Shown here: in pieces, positions 12,141 through 26,004 of the stretch
Position numbering within the stretch: the stretch's first letter is position 1
How the letters are laid out: every line of letters begins with the position of its first letter
DNA from: Leucoraja erinacea
Lineage: Eukaryota
Direction: 5' to 3'
Length of the DNA stretch: 64,000 nucleotides
Assembly (NCBI RefSeq): GCF_028641065.1
Contig: NC_073402.1
Coordinates: 28,768,001 to 28,832,000 of the forward strand
Made by a program: the position numbers and the translations under genes
Notes under the pieces: generated by a model
What the model was told of the DNA's origin: nothing
The model's database searches: none
The model's input: only the letters and a program-made list of their open reading frames with translations

Positions 12141-13389
12141 CCTTGGAATGGAGTGTGGGAGGAAACCCACGCGGTCACAGGGAGAACGATAAGGAGGAAT
12201 TTCTTTAGTCAGAGGGCGGTGAATCTGTGGAATTATTTGCCACAGAAGGCTGGAGGCCAAGTCAGTGGATATTTTTAAGTAAGTTTATTGGCCAAGTATT
12301 CACATACAAGGAATTTGCCTTGCTGCTCCGCCCACAAGTAACAACGTGACATACAGTGACAGTTACGAATGACACAGAAAACACTAAATATTAATAATAA
12401 TAAAACATTAATGATAAAAACACCATTGATCAAGCATGTGAACCAACAAAATACCAGGTCAAAGGGAGGCTACAGATTTTTGGCTCTTGAGTAGAGCAAC
12501 TACTCGTGGATAAAAACTGTTTTAAGGCAGAGGTAGACAGATTCTTGATTGGTACGGGTGTCAGAGGTTATGGGGAGAAGGCTGGAGAATGGGGTTGGGA
12601 GGGAGAGATAGATCAGCCGTGATTGAATGGCGGAGTAGACTTGATGAGCCAAATGGCCTAATTCTGCTCCTATCTCTTATGATCTAAGATCTTATGACTG
12701 GTGTTGATAAGCACGGTCAATTTTCCCCGGCAGCCCCCACCCCCACTCACAGCTGGCCAGGTAGGCGGGTGAGTGTACTGTTTAGCAAAGGGTCTTGTTC
12801 CACCACTGGTCCTTGTCTGAGATGGATCATGATGAATCTTTTATGATCTGAAGCTGTGGAAGGGATTGACGGGGAGCTAGACTCCTGGCTCCTAACAATC
12901 TGACAGTGCACCCTGCTGGACAATGTAGCATCTAATGTGAACATGGCTAAGCCTTAGACATTGTTCCCACCTGAGGTCACAGTGCTGGATGTAACTCAGA
13001 GGGTCGGGCAGCATCTCAGAAGAAGTATCCCGACCTGAAACGTCACCCATCCACGTTCTCCAGAGATGCTTCCTGACCCACCGAGTTACTCCAGCACTTT
13101 GTGTCTCCTTGTGTTTAAACCAACATCTGCAGTTCCTTAGGTACACAAAAAAGCTGGAGAAACTCAGCGGATGCAGCAGCATCTATGGAGCGAAGGAAAT
13201 AGGCACCGTTTCAGGCCCAAAACCCTTCTTCAGGCTGAAGAATACGTGAATATGTGAATATGTAAACATAGTACATAATGGGGGAAGAGAAAAAAAAATT
13301 CAATAAATAACAAAAAGTTGAAATAACAAATAATATAGTCTTTTGCAATTAAGAGCTCAGAGCTTATTCGTTGTTGTGTTTCATCAATG

Positions 13390-14150
13390 TTATTATCTGA
13401 ATGGTGGCCGATTAGGAAAAGGGGAGATGCAACGAGACCTGGGTGTCATGGTACACCAGTCATTAAAAGTAGGCATGCAGGTGCAGCAGGCAGTGAAGAA
13501 AGCCAATGGTATGTTAGCATTCATAGCAAAAGGATTTGAGTCTAGGAGCAGGGTGGTTCTACTGCAGTTGTACAGGGTCTTGGTGAGACCACACCTGGAG
13601 TATTGCGTACAGTTTTGGTCTCCTAATCTGAGAAAAGACATTCTTGCCATAGAGGGAGTACAGAGAAGGCTCACCAGACTGATTCCTGGGATGTCAGGAC
13701 TTTCTTATGATGAAAGACTGGATAGACTCGGTTTGTACTCGCTAGAGTTTAGAAGATTGAGGGGGGAATCTTATAGAAACATACAAAATTCTTAAGGGGT
13801 TGGACAGGCTAGATGCAGGAAGATTATTCCCGATGTTGGGGAAGTTCAGAACAAGGGGTCACAGTTTAAGGATAAGGGGGAAATCTTTTAGGACCGAGAT
13901 GAGGAAAACATTTTTCACACAGAGAGTGGTGAATCTCTGGAATTCTCTCCCCAGAAGGTAGTTGAGGCCAGTTCATTGGCTATATTTAAGAGGGAGTTAG
14001 ATGTGGCCCTTGTGGCTAAAGGGATCAGGGGGTATGGAGAGAAGGCAGGTACAGGATACTGAGTTGGATGATCAGCCATGATCATATTGAATGGCGGTGC
14101 AGGTTCGAAGGGCCGAATGGCCTCTACTCCTGCACCTATTTTCTATGTTT
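13390..14150 (+). mobile_element. CR1 (HER1-like) LINE 3' fragment with RT C-terminal remnant
   Basis: RDLGV...VKKANGMLAFI...LYRVLVRPHLEYCVQFWSP, then FTQRVVNLWNSLP and a (TTTCTATG)n tail. Confidence 0.92.
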
Positions 14151-14607
14151 CCTAGTCCCAAACACTGAACGTTCCCAACTGGAGCAGGAAAGAGGAGCAG
14201 AGAAGATGCTCTGTGTTGGGGTGAAGGTGCCTCGTTACAAACTCTCTTGCCTTCTCGCTGCCGACAAGACTCCAAGGTCAAGACTTCTCTGAAGGTCTGA
14301 AAACTGACAATCTTGCCACTGAACTTAATACAGACACAAAATGCTGGAGTAACTCCACAGGTTAGGCAGCATCTCTGGAGAAAATGGATAGGTGACGTTT
14401 CGGGTTGGGACCCTTCTTCAGACCTCTACTCCATCGCCACAAAACTCGATGTTCAACCCTCTTTTCCCTGTGAAGGATGATTTATGAAGGATGATCTTTG
14501 CTAACAGGGTGCTGACTCCTGTGGATCTGAACGGACTGAATTGCTACTGTCTCGGGAAGAAATGCAAGATGGAGTGAGGTGGAACAGTGACATGTTCGAC
14601 AGTGACA

Positions 14608-15060
14608 GAAAGACTGGATAGACTCGGCTTGTACTCGCTAGAATTTAGAAGATTGAGAGGGGATCTTATAGAAACGTACAAAATTCTTAAGGGGTTGGAC
14701 AGGCTAGATGCAGGAAGATTATTCCCGATGTTGGGGAAGTCCAGAACAAGGGGGTCACAGTTTAAGGATAAGGGGGAGATCCTTTAGGACCGAGATAAGA
14801 AAAACATTTTTCACACAGAGAGTGGTGAATCTCTGGAATTCTCTGCCACAGAAGGTAGTTGAGGCCAATTCATTGGCTATATTTAAGAGGGAGTTAGATG
14901 TGGCCCTTGTGGCTAAAGGGATCAGGGGGTATGGAGAGAAGGCAGGTACAGGATACTGAGTTGGATGATCAGCCATGATCATATTGAATGGCGGTGCAGG
15001 CTCGAAGGGCCAAATGGCCTACTCCTGCACCTATTTTCTATGTTTCTATGTTTCCATGTT
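14608..15060 (+). mobile_element. CR1 LINE 3' fragment
   Basis: ERLDRLGLYSLEFRRLRGDLIETYKI followed by the CR1 3' UTR and tail. Confidence 0.9.
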
Positions 15061-15616
15061 CCCAAACACTGAACGTTCCCAACTGAAGCAGGAGAGGAGC
15101 ACAGAAGATGCTCTGTGTTGGGGTGAAGGTGTCTCGTTACAAACTCTCTTGCCTTCTCGCTGATATTGAATGGTGGTGCAGGCTTGAAGGGCCAAATGGC
15201 CTACTCCTTCACCTATTTTCTATGTTTCTATGTTCAGTGGGAGCACAGATACCCTGGATGGTCTCAAATGTCCACGATCTATACAACGCACACAATGATT
15301 GTATCGGTTGAATAACCATTCTCATTCTTGTCCGTACAGACCTTGAGACGTTTACACAGTTTCTGGCTGTTTAATAATTCACCTTCCCCCGCTGCAAAGG
15401 GATTCGATGCTTCATGGCCTATATTTTACTCTGCCCATTTGTCAAGACATTGCCAGGCAGTAACTCGAGGCAACGACCAACATTGGTTGAAACAGCATGT
15501 TCTACAATTCATAAATGTTGCTTAAACTGCAGCGGGGGCTTTTCATAAATGCCATGTGCAGAGCTGGGAGAAACTTGCACATCTACAACTCAACCAACAA
15601 GATTTAGTTGTTGGTG

Positions 15617-15826
15617 CACAAAAAAATGCTGGAGAAACTCAGCGGGTGCAGCAGCATCTATGGAGCGAAGGAAACAGGCAACGTTTCGGGCTGGAACCCT
15701 TCAGGAAGGAAATAGGTAACGTTTCGGGCCGAAACCCGGAAGGGTTTCGTCCCGAAACGTTGCCTATTTCCTTCGCTCCATAGATGCTGCTGCACCCGCT
15801 GAGTTTTATCCAGCATTTTTGTCTAC
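15617..15826. mobile_element. Head-to-head (palindromic) Penelope-type terminal repeat unit; similar units at 19418-19595, 24550-24760, 26163-26358, 30286-30436, 37750-37995, 41490-41700, 56568-56815
   Basis: AATGCTGGAGAAACTCAGCGGGTGCAGCAGCATCTATGGAGCGAAGGAAA... is followed by its reverse complement. Confidence 0.7.
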
Positions 15827-16328
15827 AGCATATTTTGTAATGTTTCCCAATCTAACACAGCCCATTCACACTTAAGCCAACAATGACCACTCTACATTTC
15901 CTTGTGCATTGCCCGCTTTGATCTGTCGTTTTCACACCTCATCCTGCCATATCTCTAGTTTCCTCTCTCCCCGTCTCTCAGTCTCAGGAAAGGTCTCAAC
16001 CCGAAACGTCGCGGAGTCCTTCCGCTCAGCCAACAATGAACGATTTCCTTTGGGCATTGTCTGTTTTGATCTGTCCTTATCACACCTTAACCTTCCATAT
16101 CTCTAGTCTCCCTCTCCCCAACCCCCGAGGGGTTTCGGCCCCGAAACGTTGCCTATTTCCTTCGCTCCATAGATGCTGCTGCTGCACCTGCTGAGTTTCT
16201 CCAGCATTTTTGTGTACCTTCGATTTTCCAGCATCTGCAGTTCCTTTTTAAACAATGGTTCTGTTGTTGAACGTACTATGATGCTACCTCCATCTCCAGA
16301 GAGGCTGCCTGACCCGCTGAGTTTTAAA

Positions 16329-16860
<532 letters not shown>

Positions 16861-16904
16861 TCAGGTCAGGCAACATCTGTGGTACAAAAAAACACAGGAA
16901 CTGA

Positions 16905-17150
16905 GCGGCAAGGTGGCGCAGCGGTAGAGTTGCTGCCTCACAGTGTCAGAGACCCGGGTTCGATCCTGGCTACCGGTGCTGTCTGTACGGAGTTTGTACG
17001 TTCTTCCTGTGACTGCGTGGGTTTTCTCCGGGGGCTCCAGTTTCCTCCCACACTCCAAACACATGCTGGTCTATCGGTTATTTGGTCTGCTCAGACTCGG
17101 TGGGCCGAAGGGCCTGTTTCCATGCTGTATCTCTGAACTAAACCAAAACC
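16905..17150 (+). mobile_element. tRNA-derived V-SINE (HE1-like); further copies at ~7480-7700(-), 19130-19345(+), 23440-23720(+), 32100-32400(-), 38100-38390(-), 43662-43870(+), 45330-45620(-), 61410-61670(+)
   Basis: A-box GGTGGCGCAGCGG, B-box GGTTCGATCC, central TGCGTGGGTTTTCTCCGG...TTTCCTCCCACA domain, and a CR1-like 3' end GGGCCGAAGGGCCTGTTTCC. Confidence 0.85.
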
Positions 17151-20019
17151 AAACTAATCAATAACCCTTCATCAATTATATTTATTGATTAAAGGTAATT
17201 GATCTGAACAGCAGAGTCCAAAGAGAGGTTTCCTTCAGGTGCTCCAGATTCCTCCCACACTCCAAAGACGTACAGATTTGTAGATTAATTGGCTTTGGTA
17301 AACATTGTAAATTGTCCCTAAAGTGTGTGGGATAATTTTAGTGTACGGGGATTGATGGTCGGTGGGCCGAAGGGCCTGTTTCTGCGTTGTATCTCTAAAG
17401 TCTAAAGTATAAAGGCTGGATGATAGAGATTCAGTGTCAGAAATACAAACTATGAGATGTAAAGAACTCACCGATATATTTGAAGGGCTTGGCCAACTTG
17501 GTAAGTTGGTTCAGACACTGCTCCACCACTGAGGATGTCCACTGGTTCACCTTATTGTGTTGATAGGCATTTCCTCCTATGGTGTTTTCCACTGCCTGTA
17601 ATATTAACCCAGGAGACGTCAACAGAATGAAAAATGATCAGCAGGTCAAGGAAAACCTGGCTCAGAAATGGAGTCAAAGCACTCAGAGGGTGGTGGGTGT
17701 ATGGAACGAGCTACCACTCGATTAGTACAGGTGTCAGGGATTATGGGGAGAAGGCAGGAGACTGGGGTTGAGAGGAAAAGATAGATCAACCATGATTGAA
17801 TGGCAGAGTGGGCTTGATGGGCCGAATGGCCTAATTCTGCACCTATCATTTGTGAAGGAGGGAGTCGAGGCAAAATGTAGAAACAAAAAACTGCAGATGC
17901 CGGTCAATACAGGAAAAGACACAAAGTGCTGGAGTAACTCAGCAGGTCAGGCAGCATCTCTGGAGTTTTGGGTCAGGATCCTTCAGACATATTGTGGGTG
18001 TGGGGGGTTAATACTAGAGAGGAGGGGCGGGATATGTGACATTTCACGTTGAGACCTTTCTTCAGACGGTACGAAAGATTCAAGATTCAAGAGAGTTTAT
18101 TGTCATGTGTCCCTGATAGGACAATGAAATTCTTGCTTTGCTTCAGCACAACAGAACATAGTAGGCATGAATACAGAACAGATCAGTGTGTCCATTATAT
18201 AAATATATATACACATGGATAAATAAAACAGATAAAGTGCAAATAAACAGATAATGGGCTATTAATGTTCAGAGTTTTGTTTGAGTTGAGTTTAATAGCC
18301 TGATGGCTGTGGGGAAGTAGCTATTCCTGAACCTGGACGTTGCAGTCTTCAGGCTCCTGTACCTGAAGGTAGCAGGGAGATGAGTGTGTGGCCAGGATGG
18401 TGTGGGTCTTTAATGATGCTGCCAGTCTTATTGAGGCAGCGACTGCGATAGATCCCCTCGATGGTGGGGAGGTCAGAGCGACATTGAACAGACATTTGGA
18501 CAGGTGCGTGCAGAGGTTTAGGGGGTATATGGGCCAAATGTGGGCGGGTGGGACTGGTGTAGATGGGACATGTTGGTCAACATGGGCTGAAGGGCCTGTT
18601 TCCGTGCTGCACGACTCCATCATTCAGCGGCACTCACTTCTTTAATGATGGTGCTGATGTCATCAACGACAAAGGCAACCTGCGGGAAGATAGGAATGAA
18701 CTTGGTCACCATGATGCATGTTTAACATGTCTGGAGTTCATGCTACCCCGTTGTCTCATGCAGTGTGAACTGCTAAGCACACACATACATATACACACTA
18801 ATACACACTAATGCACTAATACACACTACCACACACACACACACACTACTACACACACAGGTATATCTCACCACCTCAACACCTGTACACATAATCCTGC
18901 ATCCACTTTCTTCCCCTCCCTCACTCCTCCATCCTATCCCCTCCACCCCCACTCTCTGCCCCCTTTTACAAACTGCTCCCCCCCCCCCACCACCCAAGGA
19001 TAAGGGGGAAATACTTTGAAACTTCCTCTCCTGGTTCCCACCCACCCCCATCCCAACCTCTCCCAGGAACTCTCTGGCACGGAGGGAAGGGCCGAATGGC
19101 CTACTCCCGCTACCTATTGACTACGTTGGATGGTGGCGTAGCTAAGGTAGAGTTGCTCCCTGACAGGGAAAGGCAGCGCCGGGGACCCCGGGTTCGATCC
19201 CCGTCTACCGGTGCTGCCCGTGTGGAGTTTGCACGTTCTCCCCGTGACCTGCGTGGGTTTTTTCTCCGAGATCTTCGGTTTCCTCCCACACACTCCAAAG
19301 ACGTACAGGTTTGTAGGTTTTATTGGCTTGATAAAAATGTAAACATGTCGTCCCGTGCTGAGTGATGGTCGACCTAGATAGAGTACTACATCCAGATCCA
19401 GGTCCAGATATCTGGGTTTAAGAAACAACTGCAGATGCTGGCAAATCCAAGGTAGACAAAAGTGCTGGAGAAACTCAGCGGGTGCAGCAGCATCTATGGA
19501 GCGAAGGAAATAGGCAACGTTTTACAAAAACGTTGCCTATTTCCTTCGCTCCATAGATGCTGCTGCACCCGCTGAGTTTCTCCAGCACTTTTGTCCACAC
19601 TGTTTCCCAGCCCTTGCCCCAGAAAGTCGTGCCTTTGGCAGGCAATCGCTCCACCCCGACCATGCCCCGCTCTGTACCGGGGCCAGGGGTTTAGACAATA
19701 ACCAGAGCAACTTGCAACCAAAGACCCACTCTCTCATCGCCCATGCACAAGCGTCGCTTTTGAAGCTGGAGCGAGTTTCTCAAACGTACAAAAGAAATAG
19801 TTTAATCGCAGTTTGCCAGTTACCTCCTCCGCCTGCTGAAACTCATCCATGGCCGCTCCTTGCAGTCCCGCCGTTACCACAACAAAGGCAATCACTAAGG
19901 AGCCACAGCGGGCCGGGCCGGGCCAGGCCGGGCCAAGACAGGCATTGGTGGACACATCCCTCCCTGCAAAGCAAACCGGCCCGCCTCACTCATCCTCGTC
20001 CCGGGACGGTTACCTGTTG

Positions 20020-20755
20020 CAACTCACACTCACACACACTCACACTCCCGCTCACACTCACACTCACACTCATACACACTCACACACACCCATACTCACT
20101 CCCACATACTCCCACTCACACCCACGTACACTCACACACACATACTCACACCCACTCACACTCACACACACACTCACACTCCCGCTCACACTCACACTCA
20201 TACATACTCACACTCCCGCTCACACTCACACTCCCGCTCACACTCATACATACTCACACACACCCATACTCACTCCCACATACTCCCACTCACACCCACG
20301 TACACTCACACACACATACTCACACACACATCACACTCACACCCCCACACACTCACACCCACACATACTCACTCCCACATACTCCCACTCACACCAACGT
20401 TCACGCACTCCCATTCATATTCACACTCACACCCACACCACGCACACTCGCTCACACACACACACACATTCACTCATACTCACTCCCACATACTCCCACT
20501 CACACTCACACACACATACTCACACCCACTCATACACACCCCCACACACTCACACACACATACTCACTCATATCCGCACCCATACTCACTCCCACAAACT
20601 CACACTCACACTCCCGCTCACACACTCCCACTCACACACTCATATTTACACTCACACCCACACCACGCTCACTCACATTCATACTCACACTCGCACTCAC
20701 GCCCACTCACTCTCACACACACACACACTCACTCACTTACACACACTCACACTGA
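20020..20755. repeat. Complex (CA)/(CACT)-rich microsatellite array
   Basis: Read directly; it generates spurious His/Thr-rich ORFs. Confidence 0.95.
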
Positions 20756-20932
20756 CTACCCGGGTCTAAACCTTATTCTATTTATCACGTGTAGCCGTGA
20801 TTTTTCCTTCGCTCCATAGATGCTGCCGCACCCGCTGAGTTTCTCCAGCACTTTTTGTCTACCTTCGATTTTCCAGAATCTGCAGTTCCTTCTTAAACAC
20901 CATGTTTCCACCCTGTCTCTCTAAACCAAAAT

Positions 20933-21392
20933 TCCTGGGATGGCAGGACTTTCATATGAAGAAAGACTGGATAGACTCGGTTTGTACTCGCTAGAATTTA
21001 GAAGATTGAGGGGGGATCTTATAGAAACTTACACAATTCTTAAGGGGTTGGACAGGCTAGATGCAGGAAGATTATTCCCGATGTTGGGGAAGTCCAGAAC
21101 AAGGGGTCACAGTTTAAGGATAAGAGGGCTTTTAAGGCCGAGATGAGAAAATCATTTTTCACACAGAGAGTGGTGTATCTGTGGAATTCTCTGCCACAGA
21201 AGGTAGTTGAGGCCAGTACATTGGCTATATTTAAGTTAGATGTGGCCCTTGTGGCTAAAGGCATCAGGGGGTATGGAGAGAAGGCAGGTACAGGATACTG
21301 AGTTGGATGATCAGCCATGATCATATTGAATGGCGGTGCAGGCTCGAAGGGCCGAATGGCCTACCCCTGGCACCTATTTTCTATGTTTCTAT
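20933..21392 (+). mobile_element. CR1 LINE 3' fragment
   Basis: GLSYEERLDRLGLYSLEFRRLRGDL followed by the CR1 tail. Confidence 0.9.
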
Positions 21393-21730
21393 GAAACGTT
21401 GCATATCTCCTTCGCTCCATAGATGCTACTGCACCCGCTGAGTTTCTCCAGCACTTTTGTCTACATTCGATTTTCCAGCATCTGCAGTTCCTTCTTAAAA
21501 CACCCTGTTTCCACCCCGTCTCTCTAAACCAAAATCCGAAATCGGTATTCAAATGAGTTGCAATTGAATGTATAATAAGGGAACATCACAAAGATCTGAT
21601 GACTGTGATCCACCTCACAAAACACCGATTGTTCCTATTGTTCAGGGCCGCGGGTGTTTGAGAGAGTGTGCACTAGTGTTTCTGAGGCCGCCTTTGACGT
21701 CTGATCAGTTTGTTTCCCTTCAGCCTGAGA

Positions 21731-22030
21731 ATGGCCAAACCTGCCTCTGATCTCTTCAACTCTAAGTGTGCGGCCGGTTCGAATGGGTGCAAACCCAAGG
21801 ATTCCTCCACCTGGTCTCAGATCCGGACAGAAAACATCCCCAACGATTTCACGGGCGGGGCGGGCTGCGACAGTGCCTCGCCTCTCTCGAGAGCCCCCGT
21901 GGCCGGCAAACCTCACGCTGAGCTTCTCGCCAGCTCCCCAGCGGCAGCCGTGCTCACCGCCTGCCTCATAGTCCTGCTTTTCATCGGCCTCTTTAACCTC
22001 AAGAGAAGCAACATTCGTTCCAGGTTGGAG
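21731..22030 (+). CDS. TMCO2: TMCO2-like gene copy A, coding exon 1 (100 codons, includes the TM helix)
   Basis: Starts at gagaATGG and reads MAKPASDLF...WSQIRTENIPNDFT...AVLTACLIVLLFIGLFNLKRSNIRSRLE, followed by a phase-0 donor GAG|gtgagt. A hydrophobic helix followed by KRS resembles TMCO2. It lies at the syntenic position between RLF and ZMPSTE24. Confidence 0.8.
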
Positions 22031-22232
22031 GTGAGTTATTACAGAACGCGTCGTTCTCGCCGCTGCAGGGTTTGCCCTCGAGGCTACACAAAAATGCTGG
22101 AGAAACTCAGCGGGTGCAGCAGCATCTATGGAGCGAACGTTTCGGGCCGAAACCCTTCTTCAGACTAAAACCCTCGAGGCAGCGGCCTCACAGCGTCAGG
22201 GACCCCGGGTTCCATCCTGACCTCGGGGATGC

Positions 22233-22264
<32 letters not shown>

Positions 22265-25200
22265 GGGAGCTTGCCCGGGACCTCGCGGGTTTACTCCGGG
22301 GAGCACCGGTTTCCTTCCAGAGAGAGGTGTGTAGGGAGAGAGAACGAATGTATAGAGATGAGGAGTGTAGCGAGGAGAGTGGAGAGGAAGGAGTATATTG
22401 AGAGAAGGAGTAAATGCAAGGGCTATACAGAGAGAAGGATAGTAAGTATATAGACATGTAAGTTTGTGTGCTTGGGGAACTCAGGGGTAGATGTATAACA
22501 ATTTGCGTCGTAGGAGGGGTCCCAGGGAGAGCGCGCAAACTCCACACAGGCAGTACCCGAGGTCGGGATCGAACCCAGTCTGGCGCTGTGAGGAATTGAT
22601 AGCTTCCTTCTGTTCCTGGCAATAAATAAGACATTTACAAAACATAAGACAAACACAAAATGCTGGAGTAACTCAGCGGGACAGGCAGCATATCTGGAGA
22701 GAAGGAATGGGTGGTGTTTCGGGTCGAGACCCTTCTTCAGACTTAAAACTTCAAGGGACAGTGACGAAGTAATTCAGTGCGTCAGACAGCATATCTGGAG
22801 GACATGTTCTCCATAGATGCTGCCTGACCCGCTGAGTCACTCCAGCACTTAGTGTCTATCTTCGGTGTAAACCAGCATCTGCAGTTCCTTCCTGCACAGA
22901 TACAAACCCTTCAGACCCACACAGAACAGCGGCCTTCGATGACGGCAGATCTCAGCGGCACAATTGATGATCACAGCCTGCGCTTGCCCCCACCCCCCCA
23001 ACCCCCACACTATCCCAGTCCCACCTTCCCCACCTCACCGTTTCCCCGGCCAGTATAGACTCCCGCTTGGCAGGGGTCTTCCCACCGAGGGGCAGAATGA
23101 GGTGGGGGTCGCCTCATGCATCAACACGAGCCGCTGGAATGCAGGCAGGGACTCGACCAGTTTCCCCCAGAGTTAACCCCTTAAACACAGACACACAATG
23201 CTGGAGTAACTCAGAGTGCCAGGCAGCATCTCTGGAGAGAAGGAATGGGTGATGTTTCGGGTCGAGACCCTCCTTCAGACTGAGTCAGGGAGTGGGGCAT
23301 CCTGCACAAAATGTCGCTCCGTTTATCCTATATCAATACATTGAGAACGGCATGATTGTATTAATGTCAGCTCTTCTTTGACTGGATAGCATGAAAACAA
23401 AAGCTTTTCACCTTGGCACAACGTGATAAACCCAACTACAGTGGTGCAGCGGTAGAGCCAGTGTCCCAGGTTCGATCCTCACTGCCGGTGCTGTCTGCAC
23501 GGAGTTTTTGCTCGTTCTCCCCATGACCGCGTGGGTTTTCTCCGGGTGCTCCGGTTTCCACCCAAACTCCAAACACGTACAGGGTTTGTAGGTTAATTGG
23601 CTTCGGTAAAATTGTAGATGGTCCCTCGTGCGTGTATGAGTGCGCGGGGGGTCGCTGGTCGGCACGGACTCGGTGGGCCGAAGGTCCTGTAACTGCACCG
23701 TGTCTAAACTAAACTAAAAACGACGACACAATGCGATACGATAGAACTTTATGTATCCCAGGAGGGAAGTTGTTCTGGCAACAGTCATGAAACACAAGGC
23801 ACATAGAAACATGAAATTAAAGTCCAGGATTGAGGATGTGCAAAGATTGGGGGGGGGGGGGGGGGTGGGGGGGGGGGGAGAGGGGGAGGGAGGAGGGGGG
23901 GAAAGAAGGGGGGGAAGAGGGAGAAGAGGGAGAGGAAGGGGGGGTGAGAGAGAGGGAGGGAGGCGGTAGGGAGAGGGGGGGAAAGAAGGGGGGGGGGGGG
24001 GATGGTCGGCACGGACTCGGAAGGAGGGTATTTACGTTGTCTCTGTACTGTACACTGACAATGACAATTAAAATTGAATCTGAATCTGAATCTGAATGAG
24101 GGGGGAAGAGGGTAGGGGAGGGGGGCAGGTAGGGGAGGGGGGGGGGAGATGACGGGGGGGGGCAGGGAAGGGCCGAAGTCTACTCCCACCTAATTTCAGA
24201 AGGGTTTCTAGTTGCACAGTTGATGGTGATGCTGTTAACATGGTTCAAGTCAAGTCAAGCCAAGTCAATGGCTTTTATTTCTATAGCACATTTAAAAAAC
24301 AACACTCGTTGGCCAAAGTGCTTTACATTAGTTGAAGGGCTTGTTTGTGGGCTGGGCAGGTTTATACACCTGAGCCCTGCAGTCTGAGTGACTTCCTGGC
24401 CTTGGGGGTTGTGTGGGTGGGGGAGCGGCAAGGGAAACAAAGAGCCTCCTTAATCTCATGCAGCTCCGATGTCACTGGTTATCTTTCTCAACTGATTCAG
24501 CTTCACTGAGCCGGGCAGGCGGTTGTCAGCAAAGATCCCATAGCTATAGTTGTTTGAGAAGGAACTGCAGATGCTGGAAAATCGAAGGTAGACAAAAAGT
24601 GCTGGAGAAACTCAGCGGGAGCAGCAGCATCTATGGAGCGAAGGAAATAGGCAACGTTTCGGGACGAAACCCTTCAGGGTTTCGGCCCGAAACGTTACCT
24701 ATTTCCTTCCTGAAGGGCTTTGGCCCGAAACGTTACCTATTTCCTTCACTCCATAGCTGAAACCCTTCTCCAGACTGAGAATCAGGGGAGAGGGCGATGA
24801 GATATCGAAAGAGGAAACAAAGGAATGGTAGGATATTGGGTATGAATTCCTCATTCAGTAATTCAGATCCAGGGAAGGGCTTGGCAATAGCCAATAGGTG
24901 CAGGAGTAGGCCATTCGGCCCTTCGAGCCAGCACCGCCATTCAATGTGATCATGGCTGATCATCCCCAATCAGTACCCTGTTCCTGCCTTCTCCCCATAT
25001 CCCCTGCCTCAACTATCGTTAAGAGCCCTATCTAGCTCTCTCTTGAAAGCATCCAGAGAACCCGCCTCCACCGCCCTCTGAGGCAGAGAATTCCACAGAC
25101 TCACCACTCTCTGTGAGGAAAAGTGTTTCCTCGACTACGTTCTAAATGGCTTGCCCCATATTCTTAAACTGTGTGGCCCCTGGTTCTGGACTCCCCCAAC

Positions 25201-26004
25201 ATCGGGAACATGTTTCCTGCCTCTAGCGTGTCCAAGCCCTTAACAATCTTGGCGTGGGTGCGCTGACTGGACCTGTACAGTTGCCGTGGCGTGAGTTCTT
25301 CCTGCCAATCTCCACCTGCACTATCACACACGTCCTTTCCAATTAGCGTGATGTTTCCAAGTGTATGTGTGTGTTCATGTGGTTATAATGTGTGTACTTG
25401 AAGCTTTACAGCTCCACACACAATCTGTTCGAATGCCCTAGTGATGCACAGCGCCAACCAGGTCAAAGCAGACCCCCCAACCCCCCCTCTGCCCAAGGGC
25501 TACCCCCACCCCTCACAACACACAAGCTGTCCCACACACAAACACCCCGGGACTGGTTCACAGAGAACATAAAACAACACAATGTGCAGGAAACATAGAA
25601 ACATAGAAAATAGGTGCAGGAGTAGAGGCCATTCGGCACTTCGAGCCTGCACCGCCATTCAATATGATCATGTCTGATCATTCAACTCATCCTATACCTG
25701 CCTTCTCTCCATACCCCCTGATCCCTTTAGCCACAAGGGCCACATCTAACTCCCTCTTAAATATAGCCAATGAACTGTGTGGCCTCAACTACTTTCTGTG
25801 GCAGAGAATTCCACAGATTCACCACTCTCTGTGTAAAAAATGATTTTCTCGTCTCGGTCCTAAAAGACGTCCTCCTTATCCTTAAACTGTGACCCCCTGT
25901 CCTGGACTTCCCCAACATCGGGAGTAATCTTCCTGCATCTAGCCTGTCCAACCCCTTAAGAATTTAAGGAAGGAACTGTAGACGCTGGTTTAAACCGAAG
26001 ATAG

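Noticed and set aside
12828-12851. ATGATGA...CTGA resembling snoRNA C/D boxes
   Set aside because: The boxes are only about 12 nt apart, there is no terminal stem, and the site is intergenic.
16905-16975. tRNA-like sequence with A and B boxes
   Set aside because: It is the head of a multi-copy V-SINE, lacks a complete cloverleaf and continues into the SINE body.
19712-20769. Long His/Thr-rich ORFs (347 and 306 aa)
   Set aside because: They are translations of a CA-rich microsatellite, with no domain or splice evidence.
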